From Myxococcota bacterium (GTDB lineage Bacteria > Myxococcota_A > SURF-8), in contig CAXXQS010000002.1 of the NCBI GenBank assembly GCA_963674735.2, positions 384,001 to 448,000 on the forward strand: a DNA stretch of 64,000 nucleotides, written 5' to 3'. Within the stretch, counting starts at the first letter, position 1, and each line of letters starts with the position of its first letter. Below, one piece after another: positions 38,630 to 49,502 of the stretch. The notes beneath the pieces are model-generated. The model had not been told where the DNA came from. It worked only from the letters and a program-made list of their open reading frames with translations, and searched no databases. The translations under genes were made by a program, and so were the position numbers.

Positions 38630-41600
38630 CTCCAGCTCACACCCAGACTAAACACTCGGCCCCGGTGATAGGTTTCCGTAAGTTTGCCGCCCTGCTCGAA
38701 GCGAACCGGCTTGTCGATCAGATTTTTGGCCTTGAACGACAGCTTGAATCCGGCTGGTAACTTCTGCGACGCCACAAAATCAAGTTGGTGAAAGGGCTTT
38801 TCAACGACATCCGGCGCGCCCTGCGCGCCCACCTCCACAATGCGATCCCCGAAAACGTTGTAGCTTATCGTCAGCGATGTTCCCCAGTCGGCGTTATCGT
38901 AGCCGAGTTGAGTATTGACGACAAAAGGCGATTGTCCCTGCAAAGGACGGTCGGCATTGGTTTGGATACCCGAGTCTTCCGCCAGCGAAACTTGAGAATG
39001 GATATAGGTCACGTTGCCCGATAACACCAGATCTTCCAATACTTTGTGCGCGAAATCGAAAGATTTGCGGAACTCGAACTCCACCCCCAGGTTGTCGGCT
39101 GCCTTGGCATTGGAGTAGGTGATGGACTGCTGCGCCGAGGGAACGATGACCACCTCGATGGGGTCGCCGAAACGTTTATAGAAGAAAGCCAGCGATACGT
39201 TTTCGTCGTTCTTGAAGTACCACTCATAGCGTGCGTCCACGTTATGGATGGTCGCGCGCTTGAGATCGGCATTGCCGAAGATTTGACGACCACCGGTGAC
39301 ATCGTTGAAGGTGGCCGGTGACAACTCGCGAAAGTCGGGACGTGAGAGGGTCAGGCTGTAGCCCAGACGAAGCTGCATGTCGGCATAGAACGCCCAGGTG
39401 AGCGTCGTCGCGGGCAACACGTCGGTTTTTTCAAGCGTCGCTTCGACGGCTTCGGCATCTGGATTGAAAAGCTCGAAAGTTCGCACGGTTTGAGACGAAT
39501 GTTCCACCCTCAATCCAGCCGAAAGACGCAGCGATTCAAGCACTTGCAGGTCCGCCATGGCATATCCGGCATAAAGGTATTGGTCGGCGGCGTAATTGTC
39601 GGTTTGACGAGTGATTTCTTCGAACTGAAAGCCATCGGAGCCGATATTGGCGGGAACGAAAATATCTTCGGCAGGTTGGGAAATGACGGCAGGATCGGAA
39701 CTCAGTAGACCGCGGTTGCGATACTTGTAGCGTCGCGTGTCCACCTCGCGTTCGCGCAGCACCACATTCGTCCCGATCTTGGCCGACGATTCCAGCTCGC
39801 GCCAGATAGAGAAAGGCAAGGTCAGATCCAGCCCCACGTCGTGATTGTAATCGGTCAACTCCGAAAACAGAAGCTGGTTGCCCTCCGGTCGATCGGACAG
39901 AATCCAGTTACCCGTACCTTCTTCATAATCGTAGCGGGTTTCACGTCGATCCGGTTCATCACGCGTCGCCATGGAAAAGGAATAACGCCAGTCCAACACC
40001 AGATCCAGCGCACCGGGGAACACATGATGCCCGTTTACCTGCTGAGTCACCAGCATACGCTCGACCCAGCGCTGACGACTCACCCGGATGTCCGTTCCCA
40101 CATCGCGATTGCGGCCTTGATAGATACGTGTTTCATTGTCGGTAACGCGTAAAACTAGGGTCGTCAGTTTCAGCGAATGGTCGTCACTGATTTCGGCACT
40201 CATATCGAAGATACCACCCAGGTTAACGGTGTTGGTCGTCGTATCGAAATCGTAGGTGTGCTGCAGTTCCAGGCCGCCACCCTCGCCGATCAGGTAGATG
40301 TTGCTGGTCTTGTCGTTACGATCCCATTCATTGGCGTAACCGATGGAAAGGAAAAAACCCACCGGCCGACCGAGAACGGAGAAGCTATCGCCGACGGTGG
40401 CGTTGAAACCCGCGTCCATGGGAAGAAATTTTTCACCGATATCCCAGTGGTTAGGCATGCTTTCACCGAAGTTTTCGAGTTCATCGGCGCTGTAGCCACG
40501 ATCCGAAAACATGTCACTTTCAAGTAACGCCTGGTCGGATGAAGCCGCAGCGATCGTTCCCGGCAAAGACCGACTGCCGTCGTCGATACCTAGCCAATCG
40601 ACTGCACCGCGCTCGCTGTGGATGGCATGGGTGAAACTCGTCCCCGGCTTGAAACCAAAGGAAAGCCCCAGGTTGGCCACCAGTTTCTCGGGACGTCCCT
40701 TGGTGCGCAACACGATGGTTCCACCGCCGAACTCGCCGGGCAGATCCGGTGAATAGGTTTTCTGAATCATCAGGCTTTCGAGAACCCCGACCGGAAACAT
40801 GTCGAGGGGTACCACACGCCGCTCCGGCTCGGGACTGGGCAACGATGAGCCGTTTAAAAGCGTACTGGAATAACGCTCGCCCATGCCACGCACATACACA
40901 TACTTACCGCCCATGACGGTCAGGCCGGTAACGCGCTTCAACGCCCCGGCGGCATCGGAATCGCCGGTTTTGGCGATCTGCTCGGCTCCGATGATATCGC
41001 TTACGGCGTTCGAGCTTCGCCGTTCCTCTAAAAGCGAAGCCACCCCGCCTTCGATATGCGGAGCCACCACGGTAAACTCTTCCAACTCGAAAGAACTGGG
41101 CGTCAACTGAACGGCTAGCACATCCTGAGGCGGATCGGAAAGTTTCACGTCTTGCACGGATTGAGTGGCATAGTCGGGATGAATGACCGACAGCACGTAA
41201 ACCCCCGGAGGCAACTCCAGGCGGAATTGGCCGTCTGAATCGGTCGTGGCTCCACGCGTCATGCCACGCACGAACACCCGCGCACTTGCAATGGGGCGTC
41301 CATCTTCCACCGATGTCACCCGTCCTTCCAACAACACCGGCGGACTCTGAATCGAGGTATCGTTGGTTGCTATGCCCTGAACGGTTTCAGGTATTTCCTG
41401 CTCGATCTGCGCCTCCGCATCGGGAAACAGAGTCAGGATCACCTCCGTGACTTCACCGGATACGATCTCGGTCGTCAAATAGGCCTCACGCAAACCCGCC
41501 CGCTTAGCCGTTACGGCATGCGAACCCGGCGACAGGCTGAAACGAACAAGGCCATAAACGTTACTCGTGGCCTGCGGTCCTCCTGCAATTTCCATAGACA

Positions 41601-41766
41601 CGCCATCGAGCGGAACTCCTTCCCCGCCGGCAAACACGAAAATCTGCACCACACCTTCATCGGCGGCAGCCCATGCAAAGGTGGCTTGACCCAGCCCTAA
41701 ACACACCAGAATCACGCTAACGACCATCCAGCCGACCCGCCGTGTCATTCCAAGCCTTACCGACAT
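38623..41766 (-). CDS. TonB-dependent receptor with N-terminal carboxypeptidase-regulatory-like domains
   Basis: Plug DSDAA.ALKRVTG...YVYVRGMGERY, PLDMFP, PGEFGGG, RPLQGQSP, C-terminal FSLGVSWSY. Confidence 0.93.
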   Translation of the reverse strand: MSVRLGMTRRVGWMVVSVILVCLGLGQATFAWAAADEGVVQIFVFAGGEGVPLDGVSMEIAGGPQATSNVYGLVRFSLSPGSHAVTAKRAGLREAYLTTEIVSGEVTEVILTLFPDAEAQIEQEIPETVQGIATNDTSIQSPPVLLEGRVTSVEDGRPIASARVFVRGMTRGATTDSDGQFRLELPPGVYVLSVIHPDYATQSVQDVKLSDPPQDVLAVQLTPSSFELEEFTVVAPHIEGGVASLLEERRSSNAVSDIIGAEQIAKTGDSDAAGALKRVTGLTVMGGKYVYVRGMGERYSSTLLNGSSLPSPEPERRVVPLDMFPVGVLESLMIQKTYSPDLPGEFGGGTIVLRTKGRPEKLVANLGLSFGFKPGTSFTHAIHSERGAVDWLGIDDGSRSLPGTIAAASSDQALLESDMFSDRGYSADELENFGESMPNHWDIGEKFLPMDAGFNATVGDSFSVLGRPVGFFLSIGYANEWDRNDKTSNIYLIGEGGGLELQHTYDFDTTTNTVNLGGIFDMSAEISDDHSLKLTTLVLRVTDNETRIYQGRNRDVGTDIRVSRQRWVERMLVTQQVNGHHVFPGALDLVLDWRYSFSMATRDEPDRRETRYDYEEGTGNWILSDRPEGNQLLFSELTDYNHDVGLDLTLPFSIWRELESSAKIGTNVVLREREVDTRRYKYRNRGLLSSDPAVISQPAEDIFVPANIGSDGFQFEEITRQTDNYAADQYLYAGYAMADLQVLESLRLSAGLRVEHSSQTVRTFELFNPDAEAVEATLEKTDVLPATTLTWAFYADMQLRLGYSLTLSRPDFRELSPATFNDVTGGRQIFGNADLKRATIHNVDARYEWYFKNDENVSLAFFYKRFGDPIEVVIVPSAQQSITYSNAKAADNLGVEFEFRKSFDFAHKVLEDLVLSGNVTYIHSQVSLAEDSGIQTNADRPLQGQSPFVVNTQLGYDNADWGTSLTISYNVFGDRIVEVGAQGAPDVVEKPFHQLDFVASQKLPAGFKLSFKAKNLIDKPVRFEQGGKLTETYHRGRVFSLGVSWSY

Positions 41767-42992
41767 TGCCAACCATCCTCGCCACACTCGGCCATGGCTT
41801 TACGCAATTGGTTGGCGTTTTGAAATAAATCCGCGCGCGTCAGCCCGGCCAAATAGTTTTCCGCTTCGGAAAAGTCGCCGATTTTGAAATGGGCGTAGGC
41901 CATGGCGTAGCGCAGATCTTCATCCTGCAATAAATTCAAGCGAGAGAGACGCGCCGCCATGCCTGCGGCGGTCTCGTAGTGTTCCGCCTGCAATAAAAGT
42001 CCCACTCGCTGGCGGACTTTCGCCTTCTGATCCATCATCTGGGCATTGAGATACAGGGCTCGCTGGAGCTTTCCGGCACGCCGGTACAACTCCGCCGCTT
42101 CGACTACGTAACGAGGCTCCCGGATGGCGGCCCGTTCCATCAAGCGCGCGGCAATAAGTGGAAAGTCATCATCTAGATAGACCCGCGCCAAAGCCAGCAA
42201 CACCCGTCGATCGCCAGGATCGATTAACTGAGCGATTTCCAGGATTTCTTTGGCTTTACCAAGTTGCCCGCTTCGCCGCAAGGCTTCACCCAGAGCCACA
42301 TAATCCTCCACCCCGGCCTCGCTACGTTCCAAATACGCCAACCCTTGCTCTACCGCCTCCCGGTAAAGTTGCAGATCAATCAGGTAGTACACTCGCTGCC
42401 GAGCGAATTCAAACATCTGTGGATACGCCGCTTCACCGTCTGCCAGGGCTTTCCAGGCCTCGGCTCGCCGCTCTAGCCGCCAATTGGCCCGCGCGCGCAG
42501 CATGAAAGAACCGGAGATGGTCGCCGCGACTTCCCCGGCCCGATCGAGGGCATCCAACGCAGCCTGGTCGTTTTTCAACGCCATTTCCGCCTGGGCCAGA
42601 TAGACATACACGAGTTTCCGGCCACCATCGGTCGCGAGAGCTTTGTTAAAAGAGGTTCGCGCTTCCTGCGGCCGTTCGAAGTGCAGATGCAAGATCCCCA
42701 TCAAGCTATGATAGCGGTTTTTATCTGTTTTCTCAGCATCGGGGTCCACGTCGCGCAGCACCGCCTCGGCACGATCGAGGTGGCCGTCCTTGATCAGCAA
42801 CGCCGCCAAGGCAACTAGGTCTACTTCGTCATTCGCCGTTTCTTCCGACCACACAGCGGACGGTAAAAGCAACGCCATCGCGCACCAAAGAAACAGCAAA
42901 AACGTGACTGCAAGAAGCAAACGCCGGATCAACGAACCGAATAGCGGCTCACTTTTCCCCGGTTGTGCGATTTGCGAATTCTGCTCGATCAT
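41757..42992 (-). CDS. Exported TPR repeat protein
   Basis: Hydrophobic N-terminal segment, all-helical TPR-like repeats, located within the TonB operon. Confidence 0.85.
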   Translation of the reverse strand: MIEQNSQIAQPGKSEPLFGSLIRRLLLAVTFLLFLWCAMALLLPSAVWSEETANDEVDLVALAALLIKDGHLDRAEAVLRDVDPDAEKTDKNRYHSLMGILHLHFERPQEARTSFNKALATDGGRKLVYVYLAQAEMALKNDQAALDALDRAGEVAATISGSFMLRARANWRLERRAEAWKALADGEAAYPQMFEFARQRVYYLIDLQLYREAVEQGLAYLERSEAGVEDYVALGEALRRSGQLGKAKEILEIAQLIDPGDRRVLLALARVYLDDDFPLIAARLMERAAIREPRYVVEAAELYRRAGKLQRALYLNAQMMDQKAKVRQRVGLLLQAEHYETAAGMAARLSRLNLLQDEDLRYAMAYAHFKIGDFSEAENYLAGLTRADLFQNANQLRKAMAECGEDGWQCR

Positions 42993-43010
42993 GGTCGGTT
43001 TACACCTGTA

Positions 43011-43667
43011 TTACTTAAGCTGAAAGCGGATGGTTTGCCGCGCCCAGACTTTGACATTCTGTTCTTTATAACGAGCCGGTTCGAACTCCCACTGTCGCAG
43101 AGCTTCGGTGGCCGCCTGTTCGAACACGCCCGGCGGCTCACTCTCCAATACACGCAACCGCTCAACCCGCCCATCCCTGCCGATCAGCAAGTTAACGGTC
43201 ACATATCCTTCCACGCCTTTGGACCGCGCCCGGGGTGGATACGTCAGTGTCGCCCGGCTACGCGCCTTCGGACGCTCATCCACCGCATCCTCGGTCATCA
43301 CCATGTCGCTCGCATCGCCCAGCAGCGTATCGGCCACCCCGCCAAGCTTGAAGCTATCCACATCCGGCAACCCGACGTCCAGCCCCGACAAACCAGCCGC
43401 CAGATTCGGCGCAGCCAATCGCGGTGCATGTTTCGGTTTGGCGGGACGTTTGCGCCGCAGAGGTCGCGCACGCGGTTTGGGTTTGGGAGGTGGGGGTCGC
43501 CGCACCACCAGGGAAGTGGACGACGGGCCGTCGGTCTCGCCCGGCTTATCGAGATACTGGTTCATGATGATCACCAGCGCGAACACGGCCCACGCCCCCA
43601 GCAACATAACCAGCAAGGCGAAAAGGCGCGGTCGCCAACGGCGCGGCGGCGGAATGCGAACAGCCAT
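43011..43667 (-). CDS. tonB: Energy transducer TonB
   Basis: TM anchor, PPPKPKP linker, YPPRA...GVEGYV...F..AA..A..QW.F.PA. Confidence 0.93.
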   Translation of the reverse strand: MAVRIPPPRRWRPRLFALLVMLLGAWAVFALVIIMNQYLDKPGETDGPSSTSLVVRRPPPPKPKPRARPLRRKRPAKPKHAPRLAAPNLAAGLSGLDVGLPDVDSFKLGGVADTLLGDASDMVMTEDAVDERPKARSRATLTYPPRARSKGVEGYVTVNLLIGRDGRVERLRVLESEPPGVFEQAATEALRQWEFEPARYKEQNVKVWARQTIRFQLK

Positions 43668-43669
43668 AC

Positions 43670-44074
43670 CTACCCTGCCTCGCGTTCCGTGGCCACTCCG
43701 ACATCGGCCGCTCCGGCCAGTCGGCATTGGTCCACCACTTCGATCAACTTTTCGGCCAGTATACGCCGGTCGGTTACCACTAGAATGGTTTTGGACGTGG
43801 ACGCTTTCAGCAAGTCGCGCACGCGGCTTTGCAGCATCCAGGGCCGCACCGGCTGACCGTCCACGAAAATATCGCCGTCCTGCTCGACATAGACGCGTAA
43901 GGCCTTGCTTGAAGCGCGGCTGGCGCTGGCAGCCCCCGGACGCTCCAGATCGAGCTTCATGTCTTTGACGAAGGTCGTCGAAACCATGAAGAAAATCAGC
44001 AAGATGAATACCATATCGATCAGAGGCGAGATGTCGATGCCCTTGAAGCTGTCAGTTTTTTCTCTAAAGCGCAT
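43670..44074 (-). CDS. exbD: Biopolymer transport protein ExbD
   Basis: IDISPLIDMVFILLIFFMVSTTF. Confidence 0.95.
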   Translation of the reverse strand: MRFREKTDSFKGIDISPLIDMVFILLIFFMVSTTFVKDMKLDLERPGAASASRASSKALRVYVEQDGDIFVDGQPVRPWMLQSRVRDLLKASTSKTILVVTDRRILAEKLIEVVDQCRLAGAADVGVATEREAG

Positions 44075-44678
44075 GCTGCGGCTCCGTCAAGTCGGTACAG
44101 AGAATATCTTTGATTTGCGCGAGCTCGCGTTCGAGGCTCCGTTGGCGGCGGTCGAGAATACGGCCCACGACCATGCCCGGCACCGCGACAGCCAAGCCCA
44201 GTTGTGTAGAGAACAGGGCCTGGGAGATACCTCCGGCGATCCCGCCCGACTGGGAAAACAACGACATATCGCCAAGAGAATCGAAGGTTTCGATCATACC
44301 GCTGACCGTCCCCAACAATCCAAGAAGCGGCGCAATCATCACGATGCCGCCCACCACGTTTTCGTAGGCCGATAACCGACCATCAAAAGCGGCGAAGGCT
44401 TCGTCGAGAAAACGCCGGGCATGTTCGGGTTGTTCGCGCACCGCCGCGAGGCCCGTCACCACCGCCTGATCGATAATCCCGCGCGGTTCACGCGTATAGC
44501 CCTGACGGTAGCGTTCCACCAGCACGCGCACACTACGCCGGTTGCCGCGCACCAGCACCGACATGCGATAACCCAGCGCGTACCATAGAAGCAGTGTGGC
44601 GGCCACCAACGGCGGCATCACGTACCCTCCCTGGGCGTAATAAGCCTGCAGATCTCGGATAAACTGCATCAGCATCAC
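44064..44678 (-). CDS. exbB: MotA/TolQ/ExbB proton channel protein (short)
   Basis: APLLGLLGTVSGMI.TF, GGISQAL.STQLGL.VA.P. Confidence 0.92.
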   Translation of the reverse strand: MMLMQFIRDLQAYYAQGGYVMPPLVAATLLLWYALGYRMSVLVRGNRRSVRVLVERYRQGYTREPRGIIDQAVVTGLAAVREQPEHARRFLDEAFAAFDGRLSAYENVVGGIVMIAPLLGLLGTVSGMIETFDSLGDMSLFSQSGGIAGGISQALFSTQLGLAVAVPGMVVGRILDRRQRSLERELAQIKDILCTDLTEPQHAL

Positions 44679-46090
44679 ATGGGCTCCGCCAGCGCCGGAC
44701 GTTTGTTGCCCGACTTCCGTCCCGACCGCCCGAACCGACGCGACGCATTGATCACCTGCAAGGCCGCCTGTTCCATACCCGACTTGATGTTCTCGGCCCA
44801 GCCGGAAAGCAGCGTTCCCAGAAGCAACGTCGGAATCGCCACAATCAACCCGAGTTCGGTGGTCACCAGCGCCTCGGATATACCGCCGGATAAAAGCTTG
44901 GGGTCGCCGGTGCCGTATTCGGTAATGATGTCGAAAGTGGAAATCATCCCCGTCACCGTTCCGAGCAAGCCCAACAGCGGAGCCACGGCGGCAAACACCA
45001 GGATGGCCGAGCTGAAACGATCAAGATAGGGGGTTTCGTGCAGAATACTCTCCGACACGATATCCTCCAGGCTTTGGCCATCGCGGTGAAGATTACGAAC
45101 GGTGGCCGCCAGAACGCGTGAAGCGGCACCCGGACGTTCTTTACACAATGCTTCGGCCTCTTCAAGCAACTGCTGTTCGACCAGGACGGCCACACGGCCG
45201 GTAACGTTTTCGGTTTTGGAGCCCGATTTATAGAGAAACAAGGTTCTGCCCACGATCATCAACAGGGCTAGCATCCCCAACCCCACAATCACCCAGGCGA
45301 TCACGCCACCGCTTTGAATCACGGCGATCACCGTGCGACCGGCTTCTTTTTCAACCGATTTATCGAGACTTTCGAATAAGAATATTTTCAATGTGTCGAG
45401 CGGTGTTTTAGCCGCGAATGACTGGGCGATCGGGTAACTGTAAGCATCCCACAGTTTCAGACGCCCTTCACCGGCCGGAGCCAACGCGCCTCCCCCGGCT
45501 TCACTGATTCCGTAAGCCGCAATATTTCCCAGCCGAAAAATCGTTCCCCGGGTCTTGCTGCCATCCTCCAAAAAGAAATCACCCTGTGCACGACGAATAC
45601 TTCCGGACTCGCCGAGCCGCTGCAAGGCCTGATCGTAAATCCACTCATGCGGCAAAGCGTCGCTTCCCTCTTCCGGCGGCTGAATGCGCGATTCGGGAAC
45701 CTCGATTCCATTATTGCGCAAAGTGGTGACCGCCTGCAGCAAAGTGGCCTGCAGCAGATCGCGATTTTCCTGAACGCTACCGGCGCTGAACTCGGTTTCA
45801 CCCAGCGTTTCCGACAAGCGGTCGCCTTCGGCGATCAAGCGCAACAAGCGTCCTTGCAGGCTATCCAATTCATTTTGGGCTTGCTCGCGTTTACGCGCTT
45901 TTTCGACTTGAAGCGTCTGCAAACGCGATTCGAGCGCCTTCTTTTCATTCTGCAAATAGCTAAACTCTTTTTTGTAGGCTCGCACCAATTCCGGATCGGT
46001 CGAAGCGGCGGCTTGCAGCCCCGTTACTCCCGGAATCAACCAGACAAGAACACCCGCCAGATACAAAACAAGGAAATTCACGCGTTTCAT
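44675..46090 (-). CDS. MotA/TolQ/ExbB protein with long periplasmic coiled-coil (TtpC-like)
   Basis: Signal peptide, coiled coil, APLLGLLGTVTGMI.TF..IT.YGTGDPKLLSGGISEALVTT.LGL. Confidence 0.9.
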   Translation of the reverse strand: MKRVNFLVLYLAGVLVWLIPGVTGLQAAASTDPELVRAYKKEFSYLQNEKKALESRLQTLQVEKARKREQAQNELDSLQGRLLRLIAEGDRLSETLGETEFSAGSVQENRDLLQATLLQAVTTLRNNGIEVPESRIQPPEEGSDALPHEWIYDQALQRLGESGSIRRAQGDFFLEDGSKTRGTIFRLGNIAAYGISEAGGGALAPAGEGRLKLWDAYSYPIAQSFAAKTPLDTLKIFLFESLDKSVEKEAGRTVIAVIQSGGVIAWVIVGLGMLALLMIVGRTLFLYKSGSKTENVTGRVAVLVEQQLLEEAEALCKERPGAASRVLAATVRNLHRDGQSLEDIVSESILHETPYLDRFSSAILVFAAVAPLLGLLGTVTGMISTFDIITEYGTGDPKLLSGGISEALVTTELGLIVAIPTLLLGTLLSGWAENIKSGMEQAALQVINASRRFGRSGRKSGNKRPALAEPM

Positions 46091-46875
46091 GGGGCCACCT
46101 CCTCACGCGGCAAGGCGTTAGGCAGAGTGAAATAGCCCACGCGAATCTGTTTCTTGAACGCATCGAACAAGAGACCGATCTGCTCGCGCGCCTCCGGATC
46201 CTCGATAGCTTGATACACCCAACCCTCCGACGTCCGGCCGACATGGCCGACTCGGCCCTCCTCGGTGCGGAAAAACATCATGACCATGCCGATACGGGCC
46301 ACATCCGCCAGGATTTCCTCACCCTCCAAAACAATCACCTGTCGATACAACCCATTCTCACGCGTCAAGCGGAATTCGTCTTCGATAAAGGTCCACAACC
46401 GCGCCAACACTTTTTGTGGAACGGAAACACCGGCGGAAAGCGAGTCGGACAGACCCTGCAATTCCTTTAAACGTTCATGCTTGCGAAACGGCAGCGCCTG
46501 CCCGATGTAGCGCTCCAACGACCCGATCAAGCGTTTCACCACCGGCACGATGACCTGACCTCGCTCCTGCGCCTCCTCGATGATTTTTTTCTGGCGGGTC
46601 ATGGACTGACGCAGCTGTTCGAGGCGCAGACTTTCTTTCTGGATCTGCACATCGAGATCGGTTTTTTGCACGGCCATGGCTCGCAACCGATCCCGGAGTT
46701 CAGCCTTTTCCATTTCCACGTCCGCCGATAACGTCTCAACCTCAGAGCGCAGCTTCACCAGTTCGGCGGCCAGGTTCGCCAGTTCATCCGCCCATAACGG
46801 CCGACCAACCGACATAAACACCAACACCACGAACGCAAGAGTTGGAAGCTGACACGCAACTCGCATAATTCGCAC
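46087..46875 (-). CDS. DUF3450 family protein
   Basis: Signal peptide, coiled coil, LPF...ER...L, RIG...M.F.T, in TonB2-type operon context. Confidence 0.85.
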   Translation of the reverse strand: MRIMRVACQLPTLAFVVLVFMSVGRPLWADELANLAAELVKLRSEVETLSADVEMEKAELRDRLRAMAVQKTDLDVQIQKESLRLEQLRQSMTRQKKIIEEAQERGQVIVPVVKRLIGSLERYIGQALPFRKHERLKELQGLSDSLSAGVSVPQKVLARLWTFIEDEFRLTRENGLYRQVIVLEGEEILADVARIGMVMMFFRTEEGRVGHVGRTSEGWVYQAIEDPEAREQIGLLFDAFKKQIRVGYFTLPNALPREEVAP

Positions 46876-46954
46876 GAGTATCTCTCCTTAACTACGCATT
46901 CCGACGACATGAAACAAGCCGTGTTATCGGATTGAAATAGGGACGATGACACGA

Positions 46955-48355
46955 TCAGTTGGCAACGTGGGTGGTCCAGCCGGTCGTCCAGTCGCTATCG
47001 CCGATGGCGCCGATAAAATCCACCGAATCAAAGAAGCCATTGCTCGGAGCGGAACCCGCACCCAACGCTGGGGAACCGGAGGCCGGAGCAAAATCGGGGG
47101 AACTCTGGTTGGCCGGATCGTTCAGCATGGGGTCGACTTCCTGATTGCCGTCCTGATCGGAAAACCAATCTTCCACACTCCATAGGTCCGTAATCGCCTG
47201 TTCGTCTTCGTCTTCTTCGTCATCCATTTTGAAATTAGTGGCACAGCTCACGATACTGTTGACGAGGGTCAACTCACCGCTCCAGGAATCACCGTCTCCG
47301 GCATTGCTGAAAGTCTCTTCGTTGTCCACGTCCAAACACGCTTCGTTGAAACCCATCACGATGGTGTTGGCAATGTTGGCGCCGGTGCCTTCACGCAACA
47401 AGATGCCGATATCGGACTTTTCGGAATCTTTCGCGCCGACAATGGTGAAGTTGGACAGCATCGGTTTGGAACGCGGCAATGCGCCGTTTTGCTCGCCATT
47501 GTTATCGGCTTCGATACCCTGATCGCCTTCATCTTCGGCTTGCTGCAACACCACGAACTGGGCTTTACCTACCCAGCCATCGGTCCAGTCGAAACAATCA
47601 TCAGCCACGCCGGTCACCACGATGTGCTTGGCCTGAGCCGTGCCGCCGAAAAATTCAACACCGTCGTCTTTGTTCATATGCACCTGGACATAATCAATGC
47701 TGGTGCCCGAACCCACGCCTTGGAAGGCAATACCGTTGAGTTCGTTATCGGGGCTGACGATGCGACCCGCGAATTCGACGCGCACATACTTCAGCGTGCC
47801 GCTGTTGTCGCCGGCATCGTCGCCGCCGTACCAACCCGTGCCACCCTCTCCGAAAGATTCGCAGGGTCCGGCCGCGTCAGCCTCTTCGTCGCCGTAACAC
47901 ACATTGACCGGCGCTTTACCGTTGATAATCAACCCACCCCAGTCACCGCGAGCACGGTCGCCAGCGGCCTTGGAAGAGGTGAACACGATCGGAGCCTCCG
48001 CCGTGCCTTCGGCCATGATTTTGGAGTTGCGTCGAACCACCAACATACCCGCGGTAGAAGTTTCGCCGTAAACAGTGGTTCCCGGCTCGATGGTCAAGAT
48101 CGTTTCGTTCTCGTCGTCGCCGATGAAAACACCGCCACGCAGCAACCAGGTTTTATCGGCGGTTAGGGTGAGGCTTTCGGTCAGGGTGCCGGTAAGAATG
48201 CACAGACCTTCGTCGTTGCAATCGGCATTCGCAGGGGTGTCGCCATCGTCGGTTTCATCATCGCCGCCGCAGGCCACCAGGCCCACACCGAGTATGGCAA
48301 CCAGAACCATAAGCAAAAGTAACTGCTTCAAATCTCCGATTGTTTGCGTCATCAT
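46955..48355 (-). CDS. Acidic surface lipoprotein (beta-helix-like) of the TonB operon
   Basis: Lipobox LVAC, LTIEPGT, AEGT..APIVFTS, GDWGGL, DNSG.LKYVR.E.AG, NELNG, DDG.EFFGG, W..GWT terminus. Confidence 0.85.
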   Translation of the reverse strand: MMTQTIGDLKQLLLLMVLVAILGVGLVACGGDDETDDGDTPANADCNDEGLCILTGTLTESLTLTADKTWLLRGGVFIGDDENETILTIEPGTTVYGETSTAGMLVVRRNSKIMAEGTAEAPIVFTSSKAAGDRARGDWGGLIINGKAPVNVCYGDEEADAAGPCESFGEGGTGWYGGDDAGDNSGTLKYVRVEFAGRIVSPDNELNGIAFQGVGSGTSIDYVQVHMNKDDGVEFFGGTAQAKHIVVTGVADDCFDWTDGWVGKAQFVVLQQAEDEGDQGIEADNNGEQNGALPRSKPMLSNFTIVGAKDSEKSDIGILLREGTGANIANTIVMGFNEACLDVDNEETFSNAGDGDSWSGELTLVNSIVSCATNFKMDDEEDEDEQAITDLWSVEDWFSDQDGNQEVDPMLNDPANQSSPDFAPASGSPALGAGSAPSNGFFDSVDFIGAIGDSDWTTGWTTHVAN

Positions 48356-48708
48356 GAATTTTCTCTCCTTTGTTTATTTCAATTCGTCAATTTCATCAAT
48401 CATCGGGAATCCCATCCTTCGATATTGCGTATATGACGATACGATTGTTTGGATTCTGCTAGAGACACTTTAGAAAAGCATGAAGGCGGCGGGGAGACAG
48501 GCCATCCCCAGGTGGAAATTGCAGAAATCCACAAATAACACAATAATTACAGTAACTTAAATACATACAGGGAGAGTGTTAGAATTAGATGAGGCATGAG
48601 AGGAAGGACGTCAGGAACGCCTGTAGATTGCCGTCTTGCCTAAGATAGATGTTTTTGAGGGATAATATCAACCGCCCGAAACGGTGGAAACCCGGTTGCT
48701 TGTTGCGG

Positions 48709-49494
48709 TCAGATCAAACGTTCGAGATCGAAACTGCGTAACGCGTTTTCCCCAGTGGCAAGTAAAACCTCTTTCACTGGTATCTCCCGTAAAGAGGCGA
48801 TACGCTCGGCCACAAACCGGGTCATCCACGGTTCGTTGCGTTTGCCGCGATGGGGAACGGGGGTGAGATAGGGGCAATCGGTCTCCAGAAGCAGGTGGCG
48901 CAGGGGCGCTTTGCGTGCGACTTCATGGGTCTCCAGCGCCTTCGGGAAGGTGACCACGCCCCCCAATGCCAGCATCCAGCCCCGGTCGAGCACACGTTTT
49001 GCAAAAGCCCAGTCACCGGAAAAACAATGGAAGACTCCCGGTCCATCAAAGGCATTCTCGGCTTCGAGGACATCGAAAACCTGCTCGTGAGCATCGCGAT
49101 CATGGATAATCAACGGCAACCCGTTTTTGCGAGCCAGTTCAACGTGGCGCGCCAAGGCGGCTTTTTGCTCTTCGGGGGTGGAGTGGTTGTAGTAGAAATC
49201 CAGGCCGGTTTCGCCAACACCCACAACCTTGGGATGCGTTGCGGCGAGATGCTCCAACCGCGCCCACTGATCGTCGTTCATGCGAGAGGCATCGTGGGGA
49301 TGCAAACCAACGGTGAACGCCACGGCTTCGTTGTTTTCGGCAATGCCGCGCGCCGTCTCGTTGCCTTCGAAACCGAAGGCCGCACCGATCTCGATGATGA
49401 AGGCGACCCCTTCCGCCCGACAACGCGCCAACACTTCGCTGCGGTCGTTGTCGAAACGGCGGTCGGACAGATGACTATGGGTGTCGATTAACAT
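48709..49494 (-). CDS. tatD: TatD family nuclease
   Basis: IDTHSHL, GLHPH, VGETGLD, IIH.RDA, GVFHCFSG, LLETDCPYL.P.P.RGKRNEP. Confidence 0.96.
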   Translation of the reverse strand: MLIDTHSHLSDRRFDNDRSEVLARCRAEGVAFIIEIGAAFGFEGNETARGIAENNEAVAFTVGLHPHDASRMNDDQWARLEHLAATHPKVVGVGETGLDFYYNHSTPEEQKAALARHVELARKNGLPLIIHDRDAHEQVFDVLEAENAFDGPGVFHCFSGDWAFAKRVLDRGWMLALGGVVTFPKALETHEVARKAPLRHLLLETDCPYLTPVPHRGKRNEPWMTRFVAERIASLREIPVKEVLLATGENALRSFDLERLI

Positions 49495-49502
49495 GGAACG
49501 AC

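Noticed and set aside
48489-48504. Possible sigma-54 promoter for the TonB operon (TGGCCTGTCTCCCCGC)
   Set aside because: GG-to-GC spacing is 11 rather than 10 and the TTGC context is absent.
48624-48643. Possible DtxR box (TAGATTGCCGTCTTGCCTAA) upstream of the TonB operon
   Set aside because: Dyad spacing and inner symmetry do not fit the TTAGGTTAGCCTAACCTAA-type consensus.
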